From Rickettsiales bacterium (GTDB taxonomy: Bacteria; Pseudomonadota; Alphaproteobacteria; Rickettsiales; UBA998): a DNA stretch of 64,000 nt. The notes under the pieces are model-generated. The model searched no databases. It was not told the DNA's origin and was given only the letters and a program-made list of their open reading frames with translations. Below are positions 18,760 through 28,112 of this stretch, piece by piece (within the stretch, counting starts at the first letter, position 1; every line of letters starts with the position of its first letter). A program made the translations under genes and the position numbers. Where the stretch lies: contig JBGTBD010000002.1 in the NCBI GenBank assembly GCA_041749475.1, positions 48,417 through 112,416 on the forward strand. Direction: 5' to 3'.

Positions 18760-20481
18760 TTATAAATCGGCGTAGACGTGTTTCTCTGCAGATGCGCCGG
18801 GGTGGGTGAGGGCGCCCTTTTCGGCGGAGCCGACGATTTGGGCATACTTCCAGAGAGCGCCGGAGGCATACATATTCTCCCGTGATTTCCAGGCTTTTTT
18901 GCGCTCGGCTAGCTCTGCCTCAGTGAGGTTGACTTGGATGATGCGTTTTTCGGCGTCCAGCGTGATGATGTCCCCGTCTTTCAGCAGGGCAATAGGGCCA
19001 CCTGCAGCGGCTTCGGGGCCGACATGGCCGATGCAGAAGCCGCGCGTCGCGCCGGAGAAGCGCCCGTCGGTGATCAGCGCCACTTTGTCGCCTGTTCCCT
19101 GACCGTAGAGGGCAGCGGTGGTGGCCAGCATCTCGCGCATGCCTGGGCCGCCTTTCGGGCCTTCGTAGCGGATGACGAGAACTTCGCCTTCTTTGTAATT
19201 ACGTTGGTCGACGGCTTTGAACGCGTCTTCCTCACAATCGAAGCAGCGGGCGGGGCCGGAGAAGACGATATTTTTCATGCCCGCAATTTTGACGATAGCA
19301 CCTTCGGGGGCGAGATTGCCGCGCAAGGTGACGACGCCGCCCGTAGGGGAGAGCGGTGCGGAGGTGGGCCGCACAACATCCTGATCATCGCGCAGGACGA
19401 CGTTCTTCAAATTCTCGGCGACGGTCTTTCCGGTCACGGTCATGCAATCGCCGTGGAGGAAGCCGCCGTCAAGCAATGCTTTCATCACTACTTCGACACC
19501 GCCTGCGCGGTAGAGGTCGAGCGCGACGTATTTGCCGCCCGGTTTCAGATCAGCGATGTAGGGAGTGCGGACAAAGATTTCCCCGACATCATGCAGGTCG
19601 AACTTGATACCCGCTTCGTTGGCGATTGCGGGCAAGTGCAGTGCGCCGTTCGTGGAACCACCGGTGGCGGCGACGACCGCAGCGGCGTTCTCCAATGCTT
19701 TGCGCGTCACGATGTCACGCGGGCGGATTTTATCTTTGATGAGGCGCATGACCGCTTCACCGGAATCGAAGCATAGCGCGTCACGCGACTCATATGGCGC
19801 GGGGGCGCCTGCGGAACCGGGGAGAGCGAGGCCGATGGCTTCGGACACGCAGGCCATGGTGTTGGCGGTGAACTGGCCGCCACAGGAGCCGGCGGAGGGA
19901 CAGGCACCTTTTTCGAGTTCTTCCAATTCCTCGTCCGTCATCCCGCCGACGGCGTATTTACCCACGGCTTCGAAAACGTCCTGTACGGTGACTTCTTTGC
20001 CTTTGTAATAGCCGGGGAGGATGGAGCCGCCATAGAGGAATACGCTCGGGACATTCAGCCGCACCATCGCCATCATCAGGCCGGGGAGGGATTTGTCGCA
20101 ACCCGCGAGGCCGACGATCGCATCGTAGCAATGGCCGCGCATGGTGAGTTCGACGGAATCAGCGATGACGTCGCGCGAAACAAGGGAGGATTTCATACCC
20201 TCATGACCCATCGCGATACCGTCGGTCACGGTGATGGTAGTGAATTCACGTGGGGTTCCGCCGGCGGCGGCAACGCCTTTTTTGACGACCTGCGCCTGAC
20301 GACCAAGGGAGATATTACACGGTGCGGCTTCGTTCCATGTGGTCGCGACACCCACCAGAGGCTGGGCGATCTGCGCCTTGCCGAGCCCCATTGCGTAGAG
20401 ATAGGAGCGGTGCGGGGCGCGTTCGGGGCCAACGGTTACGTGATGGCTGACGAGAGTGGATTTGCCGAATGTCTTGGTCAT
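18760..20481 (-). CDS. ilvD: Dihydroxy-acid dehydratase
   Basis: 573 aa. IlvD/Edd family motifs are present: [14 protein letters not shown] and [16 protein letters not shown]. Confidence 0.93.
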   Translation of the reverse strand: MTKTFGKSTLVSHHVTVGPERAPHRSYLYAMGLGKAQIAQPLVGVATTWNEAAPCNISLGRQAQVVKKGVAAAGGTPREFTTITVTDGIAMGHEGMKSSLVSRDVIADSVELTMRGHCYDAIVGLAGCDKSLPGLMMAMVRLNVPSVFLYGGSILPGYYKGKEVTVQDVFEAVGKYAVGGMTDEELEELEKGACPSAGSCGGQFTANTMACVSEAIGLALPGSAGAPAPYESRDALCFDSGEAVMRLIKDKIRPRDIVTRKALENAAAVVAATGGSTNGALHLPAIANEAGIKFDLHDVGEIFVRTPYIADLKPGGKYVALDLYRAGGVEVVMKALLDGGFLHGDCMTVTGKTVAENLKNVVLRDDQDVVRPTSAPLSPTGGVVTLRGNLAPEGAIVKIAGMKNIVFSGPARCFDCEEDAFKAVDQRNYKEGEVLVIRYEGPKGGPGMREMLATTAALYGQGTGDKVALITDGRFSGATRGFCIGHVGPEAAAGGPIALLKDGDIITLDAEKRIIQVNLTEAELAERKKAWKSRENMYASGALWKYAQIVGSAEKGALTHPGASAEKHVYADL

Positions 20482-20631
20482 GGGGAGTCCTTCTATCGTA
20501 CGGGAAATCCTTGCATATCCCAGCTTCCGGCAGATGTCAAAGACCCGTTGTCATGAAAACTTCACAACCCTCCGCCTTCCGATTTGGTATAGTGAAGTCA
20601 TAGTAAAACAAGGCCTCACAAGGAGTGATCA

Positions 20632-20859
20632 ATGACGCTGCATAATGATGTTTCCGGGGATATAGAGATGATGGAACACGCCATGACTGACGCAGCTGCA
20701 CAGGAATTTCTCACCTATATCAAGCCTGTGTGGCTAGGTGAAGGCACATGCTATGCTGTGTGCACCGAGGATGGGGTGGAACTGGCCGTATTCGGCACTC
20801 CAGAAGGCGCGTATTACGCCGCCCGCCAGCATAATTTGACCCCCGTACGGTTACACTAG
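20632..20859 (+). CDS. DUF1150-family small protein
   Basis: 75 aa. The pattern YIKPV...G..YAV...DG..LAVF...E.A...AR.HNL.PV.LH matches my recollection of alphaproteobacterial DUF1150. Confidence 0.55.
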   Translation: MTLHNDVSGDIEMMEHAMTDAAAQEFLTYIKPVWLGEGTCYAVCTEDGVELAVFGTPEGAYYAARQHNLTPVRLH

Positions 20860-20880
20860 GAGGGTTTAAGATGCTGATAT

Positions 20881-21876
20881 CTATTCTACTTTGGCTTTCC
20901 AATCGCTCTCAGCCTGCTTTTTCTCGACTCCGTCCACCATCTCGGTCACGGTAAATAAGCCGCTGTAATCGCCTGTAGGCCACGCTTCTTCCTTTAATTT
21001 CACCCCGACATACCGCACGAACTCCAACTGGTACTTCTCCGGCTTGATGGGCGCTTTGACGAGGGTTTTGTCGTGCGGGCCTTTGAAGTGCATGGTGATG
21101 GTGGATTCCGGCTGCAGTCCGTGGCCATAGACCCAGTAATAGAGAATTTTGGAATCGGCGGGGACGGAGGCGTCACGGAACTTGCCTTCGCGGATGCCGT
21201 CAATGGTGGGCACATCTGCGCTGATACCCGTCATCAGGACTTGGGTCTGGCGGTATTGCAGTGCTTCCTGCGCTTTACCGTTCCACATCGAGACACCCGT
21301 CTGGCCGCAGGCGGTGTTCATCGCACGACCCGTGAAGGGGTCGATGATCTTTTCACCTTGCGCCACCTGGAAATGGAGATGGGGCAGTTCGGTCGCGCCG
21401 GAGAGGCCGATCATGCCCAGGGTCTGGCCCGCTTTTACATCATCCCCGGCTTTCACCGTGATGCTGCCTTTTTTCAGGTGGCAATATTGGGTAGTGTAGC
21501 CGTCCTCATGCGCAATACGTACCCCATTACCGCACTCGAATCCGGCGATGCGTTTCACGTCGTAGGTCTTGGCGGACATATCGAGCAATTTGTCGCGCGC
21601 GCCCATGACTTTTCCCTTGGCGGCAGCCACCACTTCCGTGCCGGGTTCCATATCCTGCATGGTGAGGAGGCGGAAATCCGTGCCTTTGTGCCCGTCGTCC
21701 GTCAGGTGACCGCAGCGATAATCCATCGTGCCCTTGCCGCTGTCATGATCCACCAGTTTCATGATGAAGCAGGTGCGCCCGATCTCACATTTCACGGGTA
21801 AGCGCAAGGTGAGGGAGGAGGCGACGTAGGGGGCCAGAGCCATCAGGCTTGCAGAGAGTATAAGAGAAAAACGCAT
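20881..21876 (-). CDS. M23 (LytM) family metallopeptidase
   Basis: 331 aa with a signal peptide. It has HKGTDFR and the ELPHLHFQV metal-binding motifs. Confidence 0.85.
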   Translation of the reverse strand: MRFSLILSASLMALAPYVASSLTLRLPVKCEIGRTCFIMKLVDHDSGKGTMDYRCGHLTDDGHKGTDFRLLTMQDMEPGTEVVAAAKGKVMGARDKLLDMSAKTYDVKRIAGFECGNGVRIAHEDGYTTQYCHLKKGSITVKAGDDVKAGQTLGMIGLSGATELPHLHFQVAQGEKIIDPFTGRAMNTACGQTGVSMWNGKAQEALQYRQTQVLMTGISADVPTIDGIREGKFRDASVPADSKILYYWVYGHGLQPESTITMHFKGPHDKTLVKAPIKPEKYQLEFVRYVGVKLKEEAWPTGDYSGLFTVTEMVDGVEKKQAESDWKAKVE

Positions 21877-21891
21877 GGGTAAAAGACCTTC

Positions 21892-22689
21892 CTACATGGA
21901 GAGTTGGATGAGTACCGGGACGTGGTCGGATGGGGTTTCCCAATCGCGGACGTCACGGTAGGTGATGCTGTGGTGAAGTGTGTCCTTCAACGAAGGGGTG
22001 ACCCAGATATGATCGAGACGGCGGCCACGGTTCGCGACTTTCCAATCGCGATTGCGGTAGCTCCACCAGCTATAGAGTTTCTGGTCGGCGGGCGTAAACT
22101 GGCGGGCGGAATCGACCCAGTTTGCGGCGTCGCGCATATACGTCATCTTCTCGACTTCGATGGGCGTATGGCTGACGACTTTCAGCAGTTGTTTATGTGA
22201 CCAAACGTCATGCTCACCGGGGGCGATGTTGAAATCGCCGACAATGATGGTTCCTTTTTTGTCCTTCTTCACATCCTTCGACCAGTCGCGCATGGCATCG
22301 ACGAATTTCAGCTTGTCGCGGAATTTGGGATTGAGCTCGACATCGGGAATATCCCCTCCGGCGGGAACGTAGAAATTATGCAGCCGTACGCCGCTCGGCA
22401 GTGTGGCGGCGATATGGCGCTTCTCGCCGTTGCCGATCATGTCCGTAACCTCGACATCCTTCAAGGGGACGCGGGAAAGGATAGCGACGCCGTTGTAACT
22501 TTTCTGGCCGGAGAAAGCGATGTGGGGGAAGCCTAGTTTCACCAACTCATCCATTGGGAATAGCGGGTCGTCTACCTTGGTTTCTTGCAGGCAGAGAATA
22601 TCGGGTTTTGCAGTATCCACAAACCGCTGCAATAACCCATTGCGGATGCGCACCGAATTGATATTCCATGTGGCGAGTTTCAGGGTCAT
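21892..22689 (-). CDS. xthA: Exodeoxyribonuclease III
   Basis: 265 aa. It begins MTLKLATWNINSVR and ends ...DHVPVLIQL. Confidence 0.95.
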   Translation of the reverse strand: MTLKLATWNINSVRIRNGLLQRFVDTAKPDILCLQETKVDDPLFPMDELVKLGFPHIAFSGQKSYNGVAILSRVPLKDVEVTDMIGNGEKRHIAATLPSGVRLHNFYVPAGGDIPDVELNPKFRDKLKFVDAMRDWSKDVKKDKKGTIIVGDFNIAPGEHDVWSHKQLLKVVSHTPIEVEKMTYMRDAANWVDSARQFTPADQKLYSWWSYRNRDWKVANRGRRLDHIWVTPSLKDTLHHSITYRDVRDWETPSDHVPVLIQLSM

Positions 22690-22805
22690 CCCGTTTGGGT
22701 AGCGGAAATTTAGCGCCGCTGCAACCCTTGTGGGAGACGGAATTTGCTATATATTATTCCCATAGGTACTGTGAGCCTAGGTGTAAGGGGTTAAAAACAT
22801 AGTTT

Positions 22806-22871
22806 GTCATGCTGAACTTGTTTCAGCATCCATCCTTGTTTCGGCATGGACCCTGAAACAAGTTCAGGGTG
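22806..22871. repeat. Palindromic element, family B; overlaps the stop codon of the ThiF/MoeB gene
   Basis: GTCATGCTGAACTTGTTTCAGCATCC...ATGGACCCTGAAACAAGTTCAGGGTGAT. The last codons TCA CCC TGA of the 22864 ORF are element sequence. Confidence 0.8.
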
Positions 22872-23622
22872 ATATGTTGGGATTGCATGCCATGCATTCC
22901 GGATTCTTCTCAAAAAAACTTTCTTTGAAGCGGGTGGTACGCCCGTCATAGCGCAGCAACTTTCCGCTAATCGGTGTGCCTGTATCAGCGATGAGTTTAA
23001 TCACTTCCACCGCTTGCAAACTTCCCATCACTCCGGCGATTGGGCCGAGGATCCCGTGCACCGCGCACTCGTTTGTGGCGGGGGGAAGGTCGGGAATCAG
23101 GCAACGGTAGCAGGGGCTTTTATCATCGGGGATGAATACGGATAGTTCGCCTTCCCAACCCCGTATCGCGGCATGTACCCATGGTTTGTGCTCTGCGATG
23201 CAGGCGTCATTTACACTAAAGCGCGCTGCGAAACTATCGAGTGCATCGACGATGATGTCGTAGTCTTTCACCAACGCGCGGGCGTTTGATTCATCAAAAC
23301 GAACACGGTGGGGAATGACGGTACAGCCGGGGTTTAACTCCTCGATGCGATCCATTGCGCTTTCGACTTTGTTACGACCGATGTCCCCTGTCTCGTGCAA
23401 TATCTGGCGGTTCAGGTTGGATAGCTCGACGACGTCGTAATCGACGATGCCCAGTGTGCCGATACCGGCGGCGGCAAGGTAGGAAATAGCGGCTGCGCCA
23501 AGCCCACCTGCACCGATGACGAGTACGCGCGCATCCAGCAATGCCTGCTGGCCGGATTCACCGATGCCTTGTACCAGCAGGTGGCGGGCGTAGCGGCGTT
23601 TGGTGCTGTCATCCATGCTCAT
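22864..23622 (-). CDS. HesA/MoeB/ThiF-family adenylyltransferase
   Basis: MSMDDSTKRRYARHLLV.GIG..GQ..L, the nucleotide loop VIGAGGLG, and CxxC pairs (CYRC, CMAC). I start at 23622 (ATGA overlap with the upstream ORF), not at the 332-aa track start. Confidence 0.85.
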   Translation of the reverse strand: MSMDDSTKRRYARHLLVQGIGESGQQALLDARVLVIGAGGLGAAAISYLAAAGIGTLGIVDYDVVELSNLNRQILHETGDIGRNKVESAMDRIEELNPGCTVIPHRVRFDESNARALVKDYDIIVDALDSFAARFSVNDACIAEHKPWVHAAIRGWEGELSVFIPDDKSPCYRCLIPDLPPATNECAVHGILGPIAGVMGSLQAVEVIKLIADTGTPISGKLLRYDGRTTRFKESFFEKNPECMACNPNISP

Positions 23623-24692
23623 GCCACTGCTAGTCCCGCGCGTTTGCGCATTTCCTGATAAGCGAAGGAGAGATAATCCCATGCGAAGGCAAGGAAGGCA
23701 AACCCGATCACCTCTGCTGCGAAAACGAACCAGTGCAGTGCCGGGTTCTGATCGAGATAGGCACGAAGGAAGCTGGCCATCAGGATTCCGTGCAGTAGCA
23801 GGAGGAAAAATGCGATGCGCCCGGTGACTTCCGTGATGCGACTCAAAGAAATGAAGGTGCATAATTCAGCGAGCATTCCTATCACGATGATCGATCCGGC
23901 CGTGAGCAGGAACAGCGAAAGGGTGGGGGGCAGGTGGATGATGTTATCACCCAGCGCAAACAATGTGGCAGGAGGAAGTAAAAAATGAGCGGCGATGCCA
24001 GTCGCAAAGAATAGTGCCGCTAGTCGGCTGGCGGGCGGAGAGCGGAAAATGCGCCCGGGATGAAAGGCGATAAGGCGCAGTAATACTGTGCCGAACAAGG
24101 TGAAGGAAAGATATGGCACAAGCGGAAACCATCCGGCGACGGCCCATTGCCGGACGATGTCCTTCCACGCTGCAGCGCCCGCTTCTCCGGCTGGGAATGC
24201 CTGCGGGAGGAAGAGCATGTCAGCTAGCATGTGCAAGGCCAATCCGCCGCCGAACAACGTCACCGCGCCTATCGTCAGGACGAGGCTGGGAAGGGCATAG
24301 AGGCAGGCTCCGATCCATGTCATCACGAGTCCGGCGGGGAGGAGTTCGGCGCTTGCCATTGGCAGGTGTGAACGCAGCGCCATGTCCGACCATGTAAGGA
24401 TGATAAGCAGGATGGCGGTGCGGAGGGTGAGGCTCAGCCATGACTGCCCGGTCAGCCGCGCATACCCAGCCGTCATCGCGGAGGTGGTGAGAAGCAATGT
24501 ACCTGCAAAAAATATGAGATAGGGCCAGACGGGGTTCAGGGGCGTTGCCCCCATGCCGAGACTGGCGGCAATGACGCCCCAAAGGGCGATGCCACGTGCG
24601 GAATCGACGCCGCGCAGACGTTCGGGCAAGGTTTCGTGATCCCGCATGATGAGCGATAGTTCGGCGACCGGCATACGCGCGGCCCTCGGCAC
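23619..24692 (-). CDS. Polytopic membrane protein (possibly DUF1624/acyltransferase-like)
   Basis: 357 aa, very hydrophobic with about 9-10 helices. The N-terminus RLRGVDSARGIALWGVI resembles DUF1624-type proteins. The start is either GTG at 24692 or ATG at 24674. Confidence 0.45.
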   Translation of the reverse strand: MPRAARMPVAELSLIMRDHETLPERLRGVDSARGIALWGVIAASLGMGATPLNPVWPYLIFFAGTLLLTTSAMTAGYARLTGQSWLSLTLRTAILLIILTWSDMALRSHLPMASAELLPAGLVMTWIGACLYALPSLVLTIGAVTLFGGGLALHMLADMLFLPQAFPAGEAGAAAWKDIVRQWAVAGWFPLVPYLSFTLFGTVLLRLIAFHPGRIFRSPPASRLAALFFATGIAAHFLLPPATLFALGDNIIHLPPTLSLFLLTAGSIIVIGMLAELCTFISLSRITEVTGRIAFFLLLLHGILMASFLRAYLDQNPALHWFVFAAEVIGFAFLAFAWDYLSFAYQEMRKRAGLAVA

Positions 24693-25678
24693 TAGAGGTC
24701 AGCGAACAGGTCGGTGGAGATGTAGCGCTCCGCCGACGAGGCGATAATAACGACGATGGTCTTGCCTTTCATCTCCGGGCGTGCGCCGATTTCAAGCGCT
24801 GCGGCAAGCGTCGCACCGGAGGAGATGCCGACGGGCAGGCCTTCCAGTTTGGCAGCTTTGCGTGCGGTAGCGAAGGCGGTTTCGTTGGCAACGGTGACGA
24901 CTTCGTCAACCACGCTTTTATCCAGATTGCCGGGGATGAAACCTGCGCCGATGCCCTGAATCTTGTGCGGGCTCGGGTTTCCGCCGGAGAGCACGGGGCT
25001 GTCCTCCGGTTCGACGGCGATGATTTTCACCGATGGTTTTTTCGATTTCAATACCTGGCCCGTGCCAGTGACTGTACCGCCCGTGCCTACGCCCGCAATG
25101 AAGACATCGACTTTGCCAGCCGTGTCTTCCCAGATTTCAAGCGCGGTGGTGTTACGGTGGATTTCAGGATTCGCGGCATTCTCGAATTGTTGCAGGATGA
25201 AGGCGTTCGGAATCGTCTTCGTCAGTTCCTCTGCTTTGGCGATGGCGCCTTTCATGCCTTGCGCGGCGGGAGTGAGTTCCAGTTCGGCGCCAAGCAGTTT
25301 CAACATCTTGCGGCGTTCGAGCGACATGGATTCCGGCATGGTGAGGATCAGGCGGTAGCCTTTGGCGGCACAGACGAAGGCAAGCGCTATGCCGGTGTTG
25401 CCGGAGGTGGGCTCTACCAATGTTGCGCCGTCTTTCAGTTTGCCGGAAGCTTCGGCGGCTTCGATCATCGAGAGGGCGATGCGGTCTTTGACGGAGGAAA
25501 GCGGGTTAAAGAATTCGAGTTTCGCATAGATTTCCGCAACGCAACCTGCCTCATCGGCGAGGCGGTGCAGGCGCACCAGCGGGGTGTTGCCGATGGTCTC
25601 CAGTACGGAGTTATAGGTGCGGCCACGGCCCGGGCGGTCAAGGGTGGCTTTGGTCTGGGCAAGTGCGGTGACGGTCAT
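24692..25678 (-). CDS. cysK: Cysteine synthase A (O-acetylserine sulfhydrylase)
   Basis: 328 aa. PLP motifs are present: [26 protein letters not shown] and GVGTGGT. Confidence 0.95.
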   Translation of the reverse strand: MTVTALAQTKATLDRPGRGRTYNSVLETIGNTPLVRLHRLADEAGCVAEIYAKLEFFNPLSSVKDRIALSMIEAAEASGKLKDGATLVEPTSGNTGIALAFVCAAKGYRLILTMPESMSLERRKMLKLLGAELELTPAAQGMKGAIAKAEELTKTIPNAFILQQFENAANPEIHRNTTALEIWEDTAGKVDVFIAGVGTGGTVTGTGQVLKSKKPSVKIIAVEPEDSPVLSGGNPSPHKIQGIGAGFIPGNLDKSVVDEVVTVANETAFATARKAAKLEGLPVGISSGATLAAALEIGARPEMKGKTIVVIIASSAERYISTDLFADL

Positions 25679-25698
25679 GGTTTATTTTCCTTCGTATA

Positions 25699-26157
25699 TT
25701 AGATGGCGAAATCGGGACGCGAGATTTTTTGTGCTTCCTGATTCTGGCGTTTGAATTTCACGTCGTATGCCTTGTCGCAAACATCGGCTAGCGTGATGGA
25801 TTCGAGATACTCATGGGTGAGCTTGGTGATGTGGTTGCCGATGGGGGAGAAGACAACATCCGCCAGCGACCCCTTGGCGACGCGTTCCTCATCATCCGCC
25901 GACTGCAGGACGTGGGTGAGTTCGCCGAGTGTGATCTTGCGGCGTTCACGCGCCAGAACATACCCCCCGCGCGGGCCACGGATGGAGCGCAGGATACCTT
26001 GATGCACGCATTGCTGCAGCATCCGCTCCAGATAACGCGGCGGCAAGGCGAGACGTTCGGCCAGCGCTTTCCCATTGAGAGGTGTGCCGGAACCATTCAG
26101 CCCGATCTCGACGATGGCCTCAAGAACGTGCGATATTTTTTTATTGAAGGGTGACAT
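25699..26157 (-). CDS. Rrf2-family transcriptional regulator
   Basis: 152 aa with an Rrf2-type wHTH region (LERMLQQCVHQGILRSIRGPRGGYVLA). It lies upstream of cysK. Confidence 0.8.
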   Translation of the reverse strand: MSPFNKKISHVLEAIVEIGLNGSGTPLNGKALAERLALPPRYLERMLQQCVHQGILRSIRGPRGGYVLARERRKITLGELTHVLQSADDEERVAKGSLADVVFSPIGNHITKLTHEYLESITLADVCDKAYDVKFKRQNQEAQKISRPDFAI

Positions 26158-26180
26158 TACTATACTCCTGATATGTCTAA

Positions 26181-26654
26181 TTATGCTTTTTTCTGGACGA
26201 GATGGACGCCGGTGGAGCCGAAGCCGCCTTCACCGCGTTCCGACGTTTCCAATGATTCGACGACATTCCATGCGCCGCGCGTGACAGGGGCGAGGATCAT
26301 CTGCGCGATGCGCATGCCACGGGTGACGGTGAATGCTTCCTGCCCAAGGTTGATGAGGATGACGCCGACTTCACCGCGATAATCTGCGTCGATCGTGCCG
26401 GGGGTGTTGAGGACGGTGATGCCGTTTTTCAGCGCGAGGCCGGAGCGTGGGCGGACTTGCGCTTCGTAGCCCGCAGGGAGGGCCAGTGACAGGCCGGTGG
26501 GGACGAGTTTGCGTTCACCCGGCGCGATGGTGATGTCCGATGTGATAGCGGCGACGAGATCCGCCCCCGCACTATCTTCCGTCGCGTATGCGGGAAGCGG
26601 CAAGTCTTTGCCGTGATCGAGGATTTTGACGGCGACGGTGATGGATTCAGACAT
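26181..26654 (-). CDS. dut: dUTP diphosphatase
   Basis: 157 aa with [10 protein letters not shown] and the C-terminal [10 protein letters not shown]. Confidence 0.95.
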   Translation of the reverse strand: MSESITVAVKILDHGKDLPLPAYATEDSAGADLVAAITSDITIAPGERKLVPTGLSLALPAGYEAQVRPRSGLALKNGITVLNTPGTIDADYRGEVGVILINLGQEAFTVTRGMRIAQMILAPVTRGAWNVVESLETSERGEGGFGSTGVHLVQKKA

Positions 26655-26684
26655 TCTTTTCTCCTGCTGTTTTACAATATTCTC

Positions 26685-26773
26685 GTCATTCCCCGAATTT
26701 TGCTCCGCAAAATTATAGGGAAATCCAGCTCTCTGGATCGCCCTATAATCGCTGACGCGATTCGGGCGATGAC
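26685..26773. repeat. Palindromic element, family C
   Basis: GTCATTCCCCGAATTTTGCTCCGCAAAATTATAGGGAAATCCAG...CTGGATCGCCCTATAATCGCTGACGCGATTCGGGCGATGAC. Confidence 0.85.
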
Positions 26774-26793
26774 GAATGGGGTTGGGTTAGTAT

Positions 26794-28050
26794 TCATTTG
26801 GTTTTGCTTCTGTTTGTCTGTGGCTTTCGCTCGGCGAACCAGGCGGTGATTTCGGTGGTCATGCGCTCTGCGGCGCGGGTCTTGCTCATGGGCGGCCAGT
26901 CACTGATGCCCTTGCCGGTGATGAGCGATAATTTCGTGGCGTCCGCCCCGAAAATCGCGCCGCCGGACACGTCATTGGCGAATAGCCAGTCGCATTGTTT
27001 GGACACGAATTTATTCTTGGCATGGGTGAGCATGTTGTCGGTTTCGGCAGCGAAGCCGATGACAAGTGTGGGACGGTTCTTCTTGCGTTGGGAAAGACCA
27101 GCAAGAATGTCTTTCGTCTCGCGCAATTTCAAAGAGGGCGCGGAATTATTCTGGCGTTTCTTGATTTTGGATTCTGCGACTTTTTCCGGCGTCCAGTCGG
27201 CCACGGCGGCTGCACATACGGCAATATCGACGGGGAGTTGTTCTTCCACTGCATCATACATTTGTTCCGCCGTGTTGACGCGGATGATGGAGACGCCTTC
27301 AGGGTCAGGCAGGTGCGTCGGCCCGGTGATGAGCGTCACATCCGCGCCTGCTTGCTGGAGGGCGGCGGCGATGGCGTGGCCTTGTTTGCCGGAGGAGAGG
27401 TTGCCGAGGAAGCGCACGGGGTCGATCGGCTCATAGGTCGGGCCGCTGGTAACGAGGGCGCGTTTGCCGGAGAGGGCAGCAGTAGTATGACCGCCGGGGC
27501 GTGGCAATGAAAGGGTTTTGGGGATCACGCCGCGCAGGACTTTCTCGGCGATGATCTCCGGCTCGGCCATGCGGCCCGTGCCTTCTTCGCCGCAGGCCAT
27601 CTCGCCCGTGCCGGGTTCGATCAGGATGCGGCCATCTTCGACGAGTTGTCGCAAGTTGCGTTGTGTGGCGCGGTTATGCCACATCTGCTGGTTCATCGCC
27701 GGGGCGACGAAAATGGGGACGTTGGCGGCGAGCAGGGTTGCGGAGGCGAGGTCATCGGCGAGGCCGTGCACCATTTTCGCGATCAGGTCAGCGCTGGCGG
27801 GAGCGATGACGATGGCGTCCACTTCGCGCGACAGGCGGATATGGCCCATCTCCACTTCGTCCTTTAATGAGAATAATTCATGGTAGGTCTGTGTGCCGGT
27901 GAGGGAGGAGACGGCGAGCGGGGTGATGAATTCGGCACCACCTTTGGTCAAAATAGCGGTGACATCCGCCCCGGATTTCTTGAAGAGGCGAATTAATTCG
28001 AGCGATTTATAGGCAGCGATACTGCCGGAAATGACTAAGAGTAACCGCAT
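26794..28050 (-). CDS. coaBC: Bifunctional phosphopantothenoylcysteine decarboxylase / synthetase
   Basis: 418 aa. It begins MRLLLVISGSIAAYKS, with a flavoprotein half followed by a DFP half. Confidence 0.95.
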   Translation of the reverse strand: MRLLLVISGSIAAYKSLELIRLFKKSGADVTAILTKGGAEFITPLAVSSLTGTQTYHELFSLKDEVEMGHIRLSREVDAIVIAPASADLIAKMVHGLADDLASATLLAANVPIFVAPAMNQQMWHNRATQRNLRQLVEDGRILIEPGTGEMACGEEGTGRMAEPEIIAEKVLRGVIPKTLSLPRPGGHTTAALSGKRALVTSGPTYEPIDPVRFLGNLSSGKQGHAIAAALQQAGADVTLITGPTHLPDPEGVSIIRVNTAEQMYDAVEEQLPVDIAVCAAAVADWTPEKVAESKIKKRQNNSAPSLKLRETKDILAGLSQRKKNRPTLVIGFAAETDNMLTHAKNKFVSKQCDWLFANDVSGGAIFGADATKLSLITGKGISDWPPMSKTRAAERMTTEITAWFAERKPQTNRSKTK

Positions 28051-28112
28051 AGGATTCTCCTATAACACAGTTATTGGACGTAAAACAAATCAATTTCCGC
28101 AGAATTTGCGTG

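Noticed and set aside
22864-23862. N-terminally extended versions of ORFs in the track: the 332-aa ThiF/MoeB, the 542-aa pyrC (to 58403), the 308-aa mazG (to 62491), the 323-aa mutM (from 30390), the 390-aa dnaN (from 33835) and the 208-aa recR.
   Set aside because: The extensions overlap the upstream gene or intergenic repeats and are Arg/Pro-rich. Internal ATGs give canonical N-termini ([24 protein letters not shown] and others), often with ATGA-type coupling to the upstream stop.
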